Shown: positions 12,721 through 27,075, counted from the first letter of the stretch. The stretch: 64,000 nt of DNA from Botryllus schlosseri (GCA_051294905.1 CM119371.1:17672001-17736000); one strand, 5' to 3'. The notes: generated by a model from the sequence alone, not told the origin. Made by a program: numbers and translations.

Positions 12721-15700
12721 CTCATCACTGATCTAGGCGTCCCGATTCGATCGTGAGTCGGTCTGGGTGAAACTGCTACCCTTTTTTGTTAATCAGCTAA
12801 GCACATTTAGGGTGGAGATATTAAAGTTATATTAGCATTAAAAGTCGATTATCGCGTTCGTCAGGATTTTTCAGCCTAGGATTAACGCAACTGGTTGACC
12901 GCAGCGCACAAAGTTATAGTTTTAATCTCATGATTCAACGAACCGGAACAACCATTATTCATCCTGGTTCGTACCGGATTTTCACTGGTGCGACGAATAA
13001 ATGATTGATTAAATGATTATTTTATGTTGTAATTGTCAGGTTTCCATGAAGATGTAATTGTGATTGTAATTGAGCAAAATTTTGATCAAATTACAATTAC
13101 AATTCCACAAAATAGAAATGCTTCAATTACAATCACAATTACAATTACATGAGAAAATGTAATAATTACATTCAGCTCAATTACAAATTACAATTGATCC
13201 AACTCTGGTGTGGACGTGAGGTTCACGTTCGCGGTCTGTCAGCTGATCCCACTCTCGCCGCTCGGCCGCATCCTTGCTCTTGAGCTAGTCTCTCGTTTCG
13301 CCAGACAGCATTGTTGCGTCACAATGCCAATCTACCCGACAATGAATAATTTGGGGCTGATTGTGGGGGTTCCGGGGCCACGAGTGGAATAAAATTTATA
13401 TTTTCGCAAGCAGTACAGCGTCAGCGTTCGATCGATACCCGATTCATCAAATGTAATGCTCGGCAAGCCGGTCAAAAATCACCGTCAAATTGCCTGTAGC
13501 CAAATGGAAACTGTGACGTGTTACAATTTCATTGAACCGTGCGATTTGCTTGTGTCGACACCATATAGGACACTATGGTAGGTTAGTTATCTTTATCTAT
13601 AATCCATCTCGACCTAGTGTGCCCGATCTCACAGTTCTTTTCGATGTTGATCTAAAGCGAAATATGATTCAATGTACAGCCAGGCATTAGCGAAAGGATG
13701 GGGAAATCATCATGTCAGCTACAGCCTGAAACGAGGCTTGTTTCATAGCGAAACTGAGAACACAAAAATAACACACGCGCACTTCTCAACTTAAAGGGGC
13801 ACTGCACTCAAAAAATGATGTGGTCTCAAATGGAAGGGCAAAACGAAAAAAAAATATGGCCGCAGCCGTTTTCTTCAGAACGCCACCGTAATGGAGCTGC
13901 AATTTATTGAAATTTCCAGAAATACATCCGGCTGCAACTGTCGCGGCTCTGGGTCATTTCTCAACCCGTTACATCACTTACATGGCACGATGACTTCATC
14001 GTCGCACTTGCTCGGCGCGATTAGGCAGTCACGCAGAAGACGTCAGGACGAACTTTGTATAGTTGTCAGTCGATGTTATGAAGGAATCATGCCTTGCACA
14101 CCAAGGCGGCGCTCGACGTACGATGTTAAAAGTCAGGAGGATTTGTGTCAGGAGCTTGTCATGACTTTATAGTATTTGCTAGTTGACTGATGCCACTACA
14201 GTTGTATATTGATACAGCTGTCATTTTCAAGATGTATTAATGACTGCACAGTGCACAATCGTGATTTATGATAATTCTCCTGATATGCTGATCTGGGGGG
14301 ATTACGGCACGTGTTGTGGTCACAGAATGTGAAAGCGCGACTTGAAAGCGCAACTTGAAAGCGCGACGTTCAGCTCTCCGTCGCGAGTGCAGTAGCACCA
14401 GCCATGTAGATCTGGATTGCGTGATTGACGCACGTGCAAGAAATAGAATCGAAGTAGGTCGTTGAAGAAGTTAGAATATATGAATTATAAGGAAATTGTT
14501 AGGTTTTTTATATAAATTACAGTCCACGCTATTTGTTCGGAGTTTATTTGGATCATTTTTAATTTAATTACTATTTAACTCTGTTAAATGCAAGCAAGTT
14601 TCTGCCGGCTTTTTACTAGTGTGTGCTTTTTCGGGTTGCCGCATCGATTTCTAACGCACTGTCGTCTATACTCCATCGTAGATCACGCCTCTTCAGCGAT
14701 AGCTAAATACTGCTTCTGGCGTAAACTGTTTCCCGTCGGGTGTACAATATGTGGATGCATCTATTTATTACGTTATTTTATTGTATTAGCATGTTTCTAA
14801 GCCACGGTTGGAGTTGAGCGGGGTTTTAGGATGGTACTTGACTATACACCATGTCGTTTCGATTACCTCCATTCTTGTACCCGTATCACAATTCTAATGG
14901 TATTTTGGATCTATAAAAATATTCTAACTCAGTGCTTTTCAATCTGTGTGACGGTTCGCACTTGTGCGAATGAAAAAAATCGAATGGCGAATGACGAAGG
15001 TGGTGCGAATGGTGCAAATGAAAATCCGGATCATGTGCGAACGAAAATCGGGATTATTTGTTAATTTTTTTGTCGTAGAATAATTCATATAAACCTAATA
15101 AGAAAATTGACTGTCTGTGTAACTTTTATAGTTGCGACGCAATTGTATAAACCTAGCACTAATCGTAGCTCTCATAAGGTTTAGTGAATTAATATATTCG
15201 CACTATAATTATTACGTAACCAGAATCCTGCTGGTTTGGAAGCTGGTGTAGTGGCAGACATAAAGTATATCAGCCCGTCGGGGCCTGCGACATGCTGAAA
15301 TAATGACGTCAAATTAACTCTCTGCTTTCATTCGCTAAACAATCGTCATATTTTCGTATTACCTGTTCGAATGGCGCGAGGCACGAGGATAGTAGTAAAT
15401 ACCATAAATACAGACTCACGTTTGCAAGTTACTGTAACGTAAATTTTTACCCGTTCAAGGGTTATTAAAGTCTAGACCGCAAAGGGTATAATTGTGGATC
15501 GACACCTTTCCAGAGCTATCTGTTGATATGTGTGTAATATTTGTTGAATTTATTGCAAAATACTGCTATAGTTTTTACATATACAAGGTCACTGTGTTGT
15601 TTCTTGTAGCCAATAAGAGAGACACGCAGAAAATATGGCTTTATCACTAGAATTTATGATAAGAATTGGCTGACTGTTTTTCCCGAAAACATGGTCGAAG

Positions 15701-17018
15701 ACCGTTGGGATGAACTAGTGTAGGGGTGGGCAACGATCGAGTTCAGGCCTATGAGACTCATTCATTTCGAGGCTGACCTCTTCCGCCTCGGGGCACATGA
15801 ATACGTAAAGTTTGGCCAACAAACCGCTGATAAAATGTGGTGCCAAAAACATAAGCGGCGACAAAACTTTAGTCTAAAGATGACCGATGCTAAATGGCTA
15901 AGTCTTTCGAGATGGCTTGGTATGCTCCGTTGTCGGCACGGAATAGTCCCGTTCTAGCAATCTGAGTAGACGCAGTAGTAAAACGGCGACACGCAAAGGA
16001 CTTAAGTTGCCCTAATTTGAAATTGCGTGCGTCGGACGTGTTTTGAGAGCTGTGTTGGGTAAGATTGTGGTGTGCGCGATCTGTATGTCATATATGCCCG
16101 TAACATCATAGCATACAACCATAACATTAAAATGAATTCCTTTTCATGGGTTAGGCTAGGGTCGCGAGATGCCACAAAACTCAGATTTTGGTGGTAGTCT
16201 AAAAGCTGCTTTATCGTTATTATACTGTTATGAATTCTCAAGTTAGATTGAGCTAATGACTCGAACACACAGTGACACAGTATCGTGAGTTTATTTTTTC
16301 TTCTCATATACCCGCGAGACAGAAGTTGGAGCAACGTATGAACATATCATGAGGTACAGAGCTATAATGTGCCTACTCTCTTTCATCGTTTTTCATCTTT
16401 TGTTCCAAGACATAAGGCCAAAGCCTCAACACAAACATGTGGGTTTTTCATTCTTTCGACAAACTGGAGCCTCCGGGGCCTTTGTGTCCGCTCTCAAAAA
16501 CGATTTCTGCCAACAAGCATTTTTCACTCGTGAAAGATACGCTGTATTTTGGATATGAGTGTTGAATAGATTTTAAGGCCTGAGAGACGTTTTTGTACAA
16601 AACCCAACAACAGTGCTTGGTCGAGAAGGGTTTTAGTGAATAGTTGAAAGTAAAACGAGCGATTGCCTTTTTATTGACACACCTGATAGCTTAAGCTACA
16701 TAGTAGCCAATTTATTGCACATCTGTAAAAAATGTTAAGTATCGTCATCTTCTTTTTGTATCACAATTTTCGATTGGTTTGTGCGAATGAAATTTATTTT
16801 ACAAAAAAATGCAAATGGAGCTCAAAAAGGTTTAAAAGCACTCTTCTAACGGAATGATAAGTTGGTGTCATTTAAATTTTGAAATCCGTCAAATAAGTTG
16901 CGTGAATTTTTGAAGCACTACTTGACTGTTTTTGTTGTTGCTGGATGCAATTTAAACAGCGATTTTAACTCAATGGTTTTGTTCACTAGGCTGTAATATA
17001 TATCCATTGTATTTGGCT

Positions 17019-18638
17019 ATGACAAGATCTATTTATTTCGATCCGAGAGAACATGCATCATCGCAGCAGATGAAACAAGACGGTGTTTGCCATGATTTCA
17101 TAATTCAAGTCGAGAATGATGAATATCACACTCATCAAAAGACATTGTCTGATGCTTCGGATTATTTCAGAGCGATGTTCAGGCACGATACAAAAGAGAG
17201 TCGCGAAAGGCGGGTGATTTTGAAAGGAGTAGATTCTGAATGTGTACGAAACTGCATCGAATTCATGTATGATGGGGAATATGAAATTCCGAAAGGAAAG
17301 ATGTACGACTTTCTCCACGTCGCAGTCATGATGCTGCTAGATGACGTTAAAAAGGCATTATGTGACGTTATGACTGATTCGTTGACTGTCAGCAATTACA
17401 TCTCCACGAAGCATGTAGCCGACATGTATGGGCTTGATGACCTGTCAGCAAAATGCAGATCTTACTTCCGACGAAATGTCTCGGAAATCTTCAACCAACC
17501 GGGATTTGAAAACACCGAGATGTCCGACCTTCGTGACCTTTTGAAGGCGAAAGAATCAGGAATATGTGAGGAGGACAAGTTGACCTTCACACTCATGTGG
17601 ATTGAGAAGAATCCGCGAATGAAATATATGCTGCGTCAATGCATTGATATGGTCAATTTGGGTCATGTCTCTACGGCATTTCTACAAAATCTATTAAATA
17701 CCCGTCCGCTCATCAGCAACGACACTGAGTTATACAAGCTGATTAATGGCCATCTTATGTCCCATCACATGACAATGGTCCGCAGAGAGGAGTACTTTAA
17801 CAATACCAAAAGAATGATACTGTTTGACTATGACACGAATTGTATCCGGTCATTGCATTTAAAAACATCAAAAATCTCAAGGTTCCGTGCTGCTAAATTT
17901 CGGCATTTCGGAAATTTTTCCGTAATATTACTTGGGTCCCACATTTACATTTTGTGTAAGGATAAATCCGTACACCGAATCAATTTTCGAGACAATAAAT
18001 CAAAATGGGAGAGAATGAAAGATATGATATCCGGACATGGGATATGGCCTCCCTCTGTTGCTTTGTTGGGATCGATATTTGTTATTGGAGGTAGCATGTC
18101 TGGATCGTCTAATATTGTTGATGGATTCAACCCGTCTTCAAACCGATGGTTTCAACTAAAGAACAAACCCACAGCGGTTTCCGATCCGAGCCTCGTATCA
18201 TTGAATGGCTCAGTATATTGTGTCGGAGGTAAAGGACCAGATTGCGTCGCAACTTCCTCATTCTGCAAATTTACTCCGTCCTCGTCAGAGTGGGTTGACC
18301 TCAAGCCAATGAGATATCCGAAGTGGGGCAGTGGTGTTGTCGCGTCTGGCCAGAAGATATTCGCGATCGGCGGCTGCACATTGCGGAAGAAATTGACAAA
18401 TGTAGAGTGTTATGATGTCACGTCGTCTCAGTGGACTTCACTGTCGCCTATGAATAATGGTCATGGTTGGAATACTGCCATGCGCGTTGACAGCTGGATA
18501 TTTTCAGTACCAGTGTGTAAGTCTACGTCTTCTCATCCAGTTGAGAAGTATGATTTACTAAACGACATATGGCAGAGTAAAGAATTACGTGGTGTACATC
18601 AATGTAAAGCTTACGCAGCCATGTTCGTATCGCAGTAG
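17019..18638 (+). CDS. BTB-BACK-Kelch (KLHL-like) protein, copy 2
   Basis: Intact ORF of the same length as copy 1 with about 21 amino-acid differences; first ATG at 17019. Confidence 0.93.
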   Translation: MTRSIYFDPREHASSQQMKQDGVCHDFIIQVENDEYHTHQKTLSDASDYFRAMFRHDTKESRERRVILKGVDSECVRNCIEFMYDGEYEIPKGKMYDFLHVAVMMLLDDVKKALCDVMTDSLTVSNYISTKHVADMYGLDDLSAKCRSYFRRNVSEIFNQPGFENTEMSDLRDLLKAKESGICEEDKLTFTLMWIEKNPRMKYMLRQCIDMVNLGHVSTAFLQNLLNTRPLISNDTELYKLINGHLMSHHMTMVRREEYFNNTKRMILFDYDTNCIRSLHLKTSKISRFRAAKFRHFGNFSVILLGSHIYILCKDKSVHRINFRDNKSKWERMKDMISGHGIWPPSVALLGSIFVIGGSMSGSSNIVDGFNPSSNRWFQLKNKPTAVSDPSLVSLNGSVYCVGGKGPDCVATSSFCKFTPSSSEWVDLKPMRYPKWGSGVVASGQKIFAIGGCTLRKKLTNVECYDVTSSQWTSLSPMNNGHGWNTAMRVDSWIFSVPVCKSTSSHPVEKYDLLNDIWQSKELRGVHQCKAYAAMFVSQ

Positions 18639-20158
18639 ACTTTGTAGTTCTTTAATAACATCAACAAATATTGATGATGCATTTTAGTCCTTTCTTGTTA
18701 TTTTGTGAGGTTGACAGTCTGTGATCATGATCACCATACCCGTATACTATTGCTTAGTGTTACTAGCCTTCGGTAAATCGAATCTGTCTGTGTTCTCAAT
18801 TATAGGCTCCCTAACCAATTTTTAAGAAAATTATGACATTGTTATCACGTTCATTATGTTATACCATTGTATGCATAATTTTTAATCGTAATCCTGCTAT
18901 AGGTCTAATTGTTTCTCTGGTTGATTATACTACCATATCTATGCCTGCTACTGCAAGACAAACATGGCTTTCGTTCTGATTCTCCTTTCCGGTATGTTAA
19001 CTGGTGATAATAAAGCAACAATATAGCTACGCAAACATTCAATGTCGTGATAACGGAATATATTGCCGGGTAGATAGGTGATTAAATTACACACCAAAGA
19101 AAGTGGCTTCGAACCCAGGTTCTGTCTTATCTTCTATGTGTCGAAGGTTTATGATTGAAGCTTTTCATCACTGACCTTCGTGCTAATGCAGTGAATATAC
19201 AAAAGACGACAGTGGTGGTGAACCGAGCCAAAAAAGACGACAGTAAAATTTAAGATATTTGCCCGCGAAAACAAGAGAAATGGGACCGTTGGTGGATGGA
19301 ACCAGGACGGAAGTCGTACTAAATACATAGTCGTGGTGCACATGACCCAATCTAAGTGTGGGTGCACTGGGTACTGACTACCGAGTTGGAATTTCAGTTG
19401 AATTGAAAATTATGGCTCACAAATACAAATCTAGTCACTAACGCTCTGCAGAATGCTACCTTTGGATTTGTCACAAAGCTTATGTTTTAAGATTCTGTAA
19501 ATATATTGGTAACTCAAGAAGTTATTGATCGAGATTCACTTGCTCACCCCAAGTCAACTTCCAATAAGTCAGATGCGACTAATCACAAATCACCAATATG
19601 ATCAACCAACTGTGCTGATACGATCTGCTTGACGACAGTTGACCGCAAAATAAAACAGTTGAATATTATTGTATGACGCATTCGACACGCGGTTATGTGG
19701 CTCTTCAGACTCGCAGGCTTCATCCACAGTGTCTGGGAAGGGTGCTGAAGGTGGGGCAATTTAATGACATATGGAAAAGGTGCGGTTAGCTGCATTTACG
19801 CATTGAAATAGTGTGATCAGGTCGGAATTATGTGTTATCCGAACGTAAGAGTAAGCAATACATCATTCCATGCCACATTTACTGATTTCATGATTGCTAG
19901 GGAGATTATAGTCATATTCGGACTTCGGAATTATTGAGTCATAGTTGAGTCGGAATAAGATATATCCGATCATCATTGCCGAGCCAAAACCTCCAGTCCA
20001 CATAGCTCGTTCAGGCGTCTTTGAAATGCTGAGATTCCTGGCAACATTTCTCCCGTATTTACCGCCGCATAGCTCCAGCTGGCGGAGTTCTTCTTCAAAA
20101 TCCGTGGACTTTTCGAAATTACGAAAAATTGTATTAAAAAAAAGTTTTGTACCGCAAG

Positions 20159-21130
20159 CATAGCAATTTACAGCGTAGCTGGCATGGAGAGTTCCATCTG
20201 ACTACAATCGATGTTGTGGTTTACAGCGACACCAATCGCTAGCGTAATACTTTTTCGTCGTCATCCAGAACAGAGATGTAAAAGTAGCCGTAGTAAAGCA
20301 ATCTTCATATACTTGTGGAGATCATTCCATAATTTGCTAAACCAGGATATATAAAAACATTGCTTTCTTCTATAGGACGATTGCATCCATTCTGCTGCAG
20401 CAGATTCCGAGTGTAAATTATTCCAACGAGTGAAACCTGCCTGATTTTTTTACAGTCTGTGTAGGCTAGGTCTACTTATTTCCAGTTATCACAAATACTT
20501 CGGAAAGAACATATTTACAATGGCAATAAGTGACAACTTGATAAAGCAGTGAGCACATATGTATGAACTACAGACTGACAATATGTGAACCGGAATGAGT
20601 GCAAATTTTGCTGACCTAAGTATAGCAGTTGAAATTCCAAATACAACTCTATAAGCTGACAGATCAGTGACATCATTTATACAAAATAGTGAGTAACTTC
20701 TTCTACGATGACACGTGGAGGCTTCTGTGCTATACCGTGCATTTGTCGAAGGTTATAAACGCGCAACGACGCGAACTACCGTACTCGTATTGGGCTACGC
20801 GTTACAGCACGACTCGTCTTCGCTCACATCGATTGTCTACCGGTGACCCCATTGTGTGAAACAATGACGATTTCTGACTTTGAAGTCGATTTTCATGGGG
20901 TTTCAGTTCCCGAGCTGCATTTCAACTTATATTTTTGGAATCAGTACGAAATTTGCTTTTGATTGATACCAGTTTAATTTACTTTTGCGCTCTGGTCCCA
21001 GCTGGAAGATTACAGAGAAACAAACTAAAGCAGGTTGAAGCAATAGCATATGTACGCCACCACTGGAGGCAGTGCAAAACACAACATTGCTTACGGAGTT
21101 TCCATGCCAGCTACGCTGTAAATTACTCTG
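20159..21130. mobile_element. Non-autonomous TIR element, P-superfamily-like
   Basis: ~30-bp TIRs CATAGCAATTTACAGCGTAGCTGGCATGGA / TCCATGCCAGCTACGCTGTAAATTACTCTG. 7-bp TSD CCGCAAG (20152-20158, 21131-21137). Single CCGCAAG at the empty site in unit 1 (9672-9678). CANAG termini with a 7-8 bp TSD fit P elements. Confidence 0.8.
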
Positions 21131-22394
21131 CCGCAAGTGTGTCTGGACGGGACGTATATATTTACAAATTTGGTAAGATAAGGATCTCATCATCCTAAAA
21201 TAAAGCGAAGTGGATCGAGTCTCATGAATTCGATTCTACACCTTCCTATCTTTCATTGTATCGCAGTCTTGTGGTGTAGCCTATTGAAACGTTGAAATTG
21301 TTAGCAATTAATTGAATTGAAATTAAACTAGAGGCCTACTTAAAAATGTTTGTAAAATTTGCCTACACTGGCGTAATCGCCATGAGAAGGTTGGTCGGAG
21401 AAGCGTCAATGCTGCATGTGTGAAATAAATAAATTACCATACACACAAATAATAATTTTCAAATAGGCAGTAAGAAGGGCTGGGCGGGGCCGTTCCAATA
21501 TGAAATCCATATCCAATTCAATTTCTACAAAATTGAGCCGAATACAATTATAATCCTATCAGAATCCGAGGGATGCTCATTGCTCATCACTGATCTAGGC
21601 GTCCCGATTCGATCGTGAGTCGGTCTAGGTGAAACTACTAACCTTTTTTGTTAATCAGCTAAGCACATTTAGGGTGGAGATATTAAAGTTATATTAGCAT
21701 TAAAAGTCGATTATCGCGTTCGTCAGGATTTTTCAGCCTAGGATTAACGCAACTGGTTGACCGCAGCGCATAAAGTTATAGTTTTAATCTCATGATTCAA
21801 CGAACCGGAACAACCATTCATCCTGGTTCGTACCGGATTTTCACTGGTGCGACGAATAAATGATTGATTAAATGATTATTTTATGTTGTAATTGTCAGGT
21901 TTCCATGAAGATGTAATTGTGATTGTAATTGAGCAAAATTTTGATCAAATTACAATTACAATTACAATTCCACAAAATAGAAATGCTTTAATTACAATCA
22001 CAATTACATGAGAAAATGTAATTAATTACATTCAGCTCAATTACAAATTACAATTGATCCAACTCTGGTGTGAACGTGAGATTCACGTTCGCGGTCTGTC
22101 TGTGTGAACCTCAGAAATCTAGAGGTTCACGTTCACAAACGAACCTTGGTGGGTTCCGCACTGTTAACCTTTTTCATATAGTACAATTTTCACTTCATTA
22201 TAGCATCTTTGTGTGAAATGTATTGCATTCCAACTGCGCGCCACTCTATGCATGGCAATGGCAGCATAAAAAAATCAACACCAAACGAGCATGCACCTTG
22301 ATAATCTCAAAAATGTTACTTGCCTTGTTACAAAAGTTTGTTCAAAATATCCATCTTTCCGTTGGTGAATATTTAGTGGCTCTCTGCTGAAAAC

Positions 22395-23522
22395 CAGTGT
22401 TGCCACTCTACGTTTCCGGAAAAACACAAGATTGTGTCGTAAAAAAACACTAGATCGGCGAAAAAAGCACTAGATTACTAAATTGCAGGAAAAATTTGCC
22501 GTTTTGAAGTAACCGTGATGATCGAGGTACAAATCCATAGATAAGAAGTGTTCCACACATGAATTCGATACATATGTATGATATACTGCATTATCATTCA
22601 ACGAAAATTAATTAAACGAATTGATATACTGCAAGATGAATCAACGTAAATTAATGAAACGAATTCAACACAAGAAAAAATCAAATATTGTCGCTTTCGA
22701 ATTATACGGCATCATAAATATTATTTATCTTTCGATGGTACACCATCGATCAAAGAAAGTATATTTTGTGTGGCATATCGTTCTCACTACCGTACATCTT
22801 CAACCAAACAATGGGGAGGTGTCCATGTGCAGCATACTTCATTTCCATGCATGCACAGGAATGTGACAATGCCAAGAGATTCGTCATGAGCTTCCCCAGT
22901 AAAGGGAATTTTGATTCACCGAATCCATTGTGCACATATTTCAATCCAGCCAAAATTATGTTGGATGGCATTGACTGATAACCTGCAGCTCATTTTGCGA
23001 ATTTGCCAAAGCAGACCATTCTTCTGACAAATCATTAAATTCAACAAATAATATCACAGAGGGAAATTGCACAGCTAGAGGAACGATTGATTCTATTTCT
23101 CTTTGTGTTGACAAGGCTGTTAACGGATTCAATACACTCAAGCCGGCAAATGAAAATCTTTCCCGAATCTGCAGAGTGAGTTCAACAAGAAACGACAAAG
23201 GATTTCACCGAAATCGCTTTTCATTTTTCCGGTACATTCGCTTATAAATACGGATTCACAGCGCACCCTATTACGTAATGATTGCTTCTTACTGTACCAC
23301 CACAAGGAATTGTTGAAAACAAACACAGCCAGAGACACCCAATCGCCCCATTAGCGATAAATTTAGCGTATGATTTAGTTAGTATGTTCTTAGAATATTC
23401 CTTCTTCGTACGATTGCAGAAAAACACTAGATTAGCAAAATTGTGCGACAAAAACACTAGAACACTAGGACGACCGAAAAAACACTAGATCTAGTGTTAA
23501 AACACTAGGAGTGGCACCACTG
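22395..23522 (-). mobile_element. Internally deleted hAT transposon with degenerate transposase
   Basis: TIRs CAGTGTTGCCACTC / GAGTGGCACCACTG. TSD CTGAAAAC / CTGTAAAC (7 of 8). AAAACACTAG subterminal repeats. Minus-strand ORF fragments (LQIRERF..LSVLNP; FPLLGKLMTNLLALSHSCAC) resemble the hAT C-terminus. Confidence 0.82.
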
Positions 23523-26500
23523 CTGTAAACATACCCGCAATCACACAACATCGAGAGCGAAATACACTCTGCTCAATATCACCGTAGCAATACTCAGACC
23601 CCGAATACATATTCCGGTCTGGCCTATACCGTTATTCCCTTGCAAGTTCTCGTCGAAATTGTTGGCAAAGCGACGGAAGATATTGGTTTTATGGGAATAT
23701 TATATCATTTAATTGCCCCAGTAGATACATTTGGCGACGTTTAAAACGTCAATATGTAGCCTACTTCAGCAGTGTGGCATTATGTGGCCCGAATCGTCGC
23801 TAGGTGTACATTAATATATGCTATGCTATGCTTATGTTCGCGGGTTTATTGGGTTATCTTTAATGTAATTACTACTTAACTCTGTTAAATGCAAGCAAGT
23901 TTCTGCCGGCTTATTACTAGTGTGTGCATTTTCGGGTTGCCGCATCGATTTCCAACGCACTGTCGTCTATACTCCATCGTAGATCACGCCTCTTCAGCGA
24001 TTGCTAAATTACTGCTACTGGCGTAAACTATTTCCCGTTCGGTGTACAATATGTGGATGCTTCTATTTATTACGTTTTTTTTAATGCATTAGCATTTTAG
24101 CATGTTTCTACGCCAGGGTTGGAGTTGAGCGGGGTTTTAGGATCGTGACTAAACACCATGTCGTTTCGATTACCTCCATTCTTGTACCTGTATCACAATT
24201 CTAATGGTATTTTGGATCTACAAAAATATTCTAACCCTAACGGAATGATAAGTTGGTGTCATTTAAATTTTGAAATCCGTCAAATAAGTTGCGTGAATTT
24301 TTGAATCACTACTTGACTGTTCTTGTTGTTGCTGGATGCAATTTAAACAGCGATTTTAACTCAATGGTTTTGTTCGCTAGACTGTAATATATATCCATTG
24401 TATTTGGCTATAACAAGATCTATTTATTTTGATCCGAGAGAACATGTATCATCTCAGCAGATGAAACAAGACGGTGTTTGCCATGATTTCATAATTCAAG
24501 TCGAGAATGATGAATATCACACTCATCAAAAGACATTGTCTGATGCTTCGGATTATTTCAGAGCGATGTTCAGGCACGATACAAAAGAGAGTCGCGAAGG
24601 GCGGGTGATTTTGAGAGGTGTGGATTCTGAATGTGTACAAAACTGCATCGAATTCATATATGACGGGGAATATGAGATTCCGAAAGGAAAGATGTACGAC
24701 TTTCTCCACGTCGCAGTCATGATGCTGCTAGATGACGTTAAAAAGGCATTATCTGACGTTATGACTGATTCGTTGACTGTCAGCAATTACATCTCCACGA
24801 AGCATGTAGCCGACATGTATGGGCTTGATGACCTGTCAGCAAAATGCAGATCTTACTTCCGACGAAATGTCTCGGAAATCTTCAACCAACCGGGATTTGA
24901 AAACACCGAGATGTCCGACCTTCGTGACCTTTTGAAGGCGAAAGAATCAGGAATATGTGAGGAGGACAAGTTGACCTTCACACTCATGTGGATTGAGAAG
25001 AATCCACGAATGAAATATATGCTGCGTCAATGTATTGATATGGTCAATTTGGGTCATGTCTCTACGGCATTTCTACAAAATCTATTAAATACCCATCCGC
25101 TCATCAGCAACGACATTGAGTTTTACAAGCTGATTAATGGCCATCTTATGTCCCATCACATGACAATGGTCCGCAGAAATGAGTACTTTAACAATACCAA
25201 AAGAATATGATACTGTTTGACTATGACGCGAATTGTATCCGGTCATTGCATTCAATAACAGGAAAAATCTCAAAGTTCCATGCTGCTAAATTTCGGCATT
25301 TCGGAAATTTTTCCGTAGTATTACTTGAGTCCCACATTCACATTTTGTGTAAGGATAAATCCGTACACCGAATCAATTTTCGAGACAATAATTCAAAATC
25401 GGAGAGAATGAAAGATATGATACCGGACATGGGATATGGCCCCCCTCTGTTGCTTTGTTGGGGTCGATATTTGTTATTGGAGGTAGCATGTCTGGATCGT
25501 CTAATATTGTTGATGGATTCAACCAGTTGCGTATCCAGGGGGGGGGTTAGGGGGTCGGAACCCTCCCCTTTTCAAAATCCTGAAAATTGATGTCAAATAC
25601 AGCCTCTAATATTTGCTAATTTATCAGTTCAACATATTCGTTTTCTCATATGATAAGGCGAATATGGCGTCTTAATGTTATTTAGTGGGTCTAAAACCCC
25701 TACAAAATATTGGAATTATGCGCCGAATTAGTCGCAAGGATAAAAAAGTCATTATATTTCGCTAATTCCGTACGAATTCTGCGCTTGTTCAGCTACAATT
25801 CAGCTGTGGCAGTTGCCGACGTTCTCAACTTTCTTCCCTCGATTTCTCTCTCGCCTTGCTAAAACGAGAGACGCATTTTAGGAAATCTAATCTAATTGGT
25901 CGACGCGATACGTAATTGCAAAGACGACATTGTCGGCAATCAACATCGCCCGCGAATTCGCTGCACCTGCTCGCCTTGAAATCCTAATTAAGAATTGCAC
26001 GGCGGCGTGTTGATTGATCTGCCAGACGTAGACACGGCGGCACCAGTACGACAATGCTGTTCTCAAATCCACATTGTCTTCGTGGGCGAGCAACGGCCTA
26101 CGATTGACATTCACATTTCAAAATACAAGCCTAGCAATCCACGTTCTCGATTGTTAGGCGGCTTGCTGTCGTTGAAATACAGGCCTATGTTGCCGCTGAA
26201 CGGGAGAATTGCGTAGGCCTAGTAGTAAAGTTAACCTAATTATATCGACTGACAAGTTTCTCTGCCGTTCAAGTTATTATCTCAGTGCGTACTCTGTATT
26301 AATTGACTGACTTGCGTGCTTGCAATCAAGGTCTAATTATCTTCGCGCGTACTACACGCTCAGCCGTACGGCTAGTAAAGCCATCGAAAAGCACATATTC
26401 GTGTACAGTGTACACTGTTCACACCACACCTCTCTGTGGTGATCGCGATCGCCCCCTTTTATGCTACCCCCCTATTCCGCACTTGTTCGTCCGCTACGAT

Positions 26501-26854
26501 ACTACCGGCCGTGCGCATAATATCGTCAAAACCTAACAAAATCGCGCATCTCTGGCCGGAAATAGGCGCTTGGAGACGGGAGGCGTTTGCCGGCTCATGA
26601 CTAAATGTGAGCATTAACGAATTTATTTCAATCATACCGTAAAAAAACGCAATTTCAGGCATCGTCTGTATCGCATTCGTACATCTCCCACTCACCGCAA
26701 ATCTCTTTTTATTATTAAACTATAATGTATCGAAAATAGTCGCCATGGCGTGTAGACGAGTGATCGTATTGTCGAAATAGACATTTCACATTTCGATAAG
26801 ATACTACCAAACGAAAAAGGATAATGTCTGGAGGAAAGCGCTGCTAGCTACTGC

Positions 26855-27075
26855 CGACTGACCGCCGACTACGAGTAACCGACCGACCGCCGCCAGCTTC
26901 TGCCTGCCGTCGCCGACCGCCGATCATCGCCGACCGACCGCCGACCGACCGCTGAGCGACCGCCGCTGGCTGCTGCCTGCCGCCGCCGACCGCCGATTGA
27001 CGTCGACCGACCGCCGACAGACCGCCGAGCGACTGCCACTGGTTGCTGCCTGCCGCCGCCGACCGCCGCCGCTAC
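26855..27075 (+). repeat. (CCGA/CCGCCGA)n GC-rich repeats in the LINE 5' UTR
   Basis: Repeated CCGACCGCCG units; duplicated block GAGCGAC.GCC.CTGG.TGCTGCCTGCCGCCGCCGACCGCCG. Confidence 0.8.

Larger units (their letters stand above)
2807..13240 (+). repeat. Tandem segmental duplication, unit 1 (contains Kelch copy 1)
   Basis: Sequence from AGCTGATCCCACTCTCGCC (2807) recurs at 13241. The unit end ...GTTCACGTTCGCGGTCTGTC (13240) recurs at 22100. Paired ORFs in the track (3386/13891, 4399/14831, 5319/15751, 6576/17007) are near-identical. Confidence 0.93.
13241..22100 (+). repeat. Tandem segmental duplication, unit 2 (contains Kelch copy 2)
   Basis: Colinear near-identical copy of 2807-13240. 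It lacks the PLE and hAT insertions but carries an extra element at 20159-21130. Confidence 0.93.

Noticed and set aside
13025..13207. (AATTAC)n / (GTAATT)n arrays, repeated at ~21885-22068
   Set aside because: Probably the subterminal array of an old MITE, but the partner end and TSD could not be identified.
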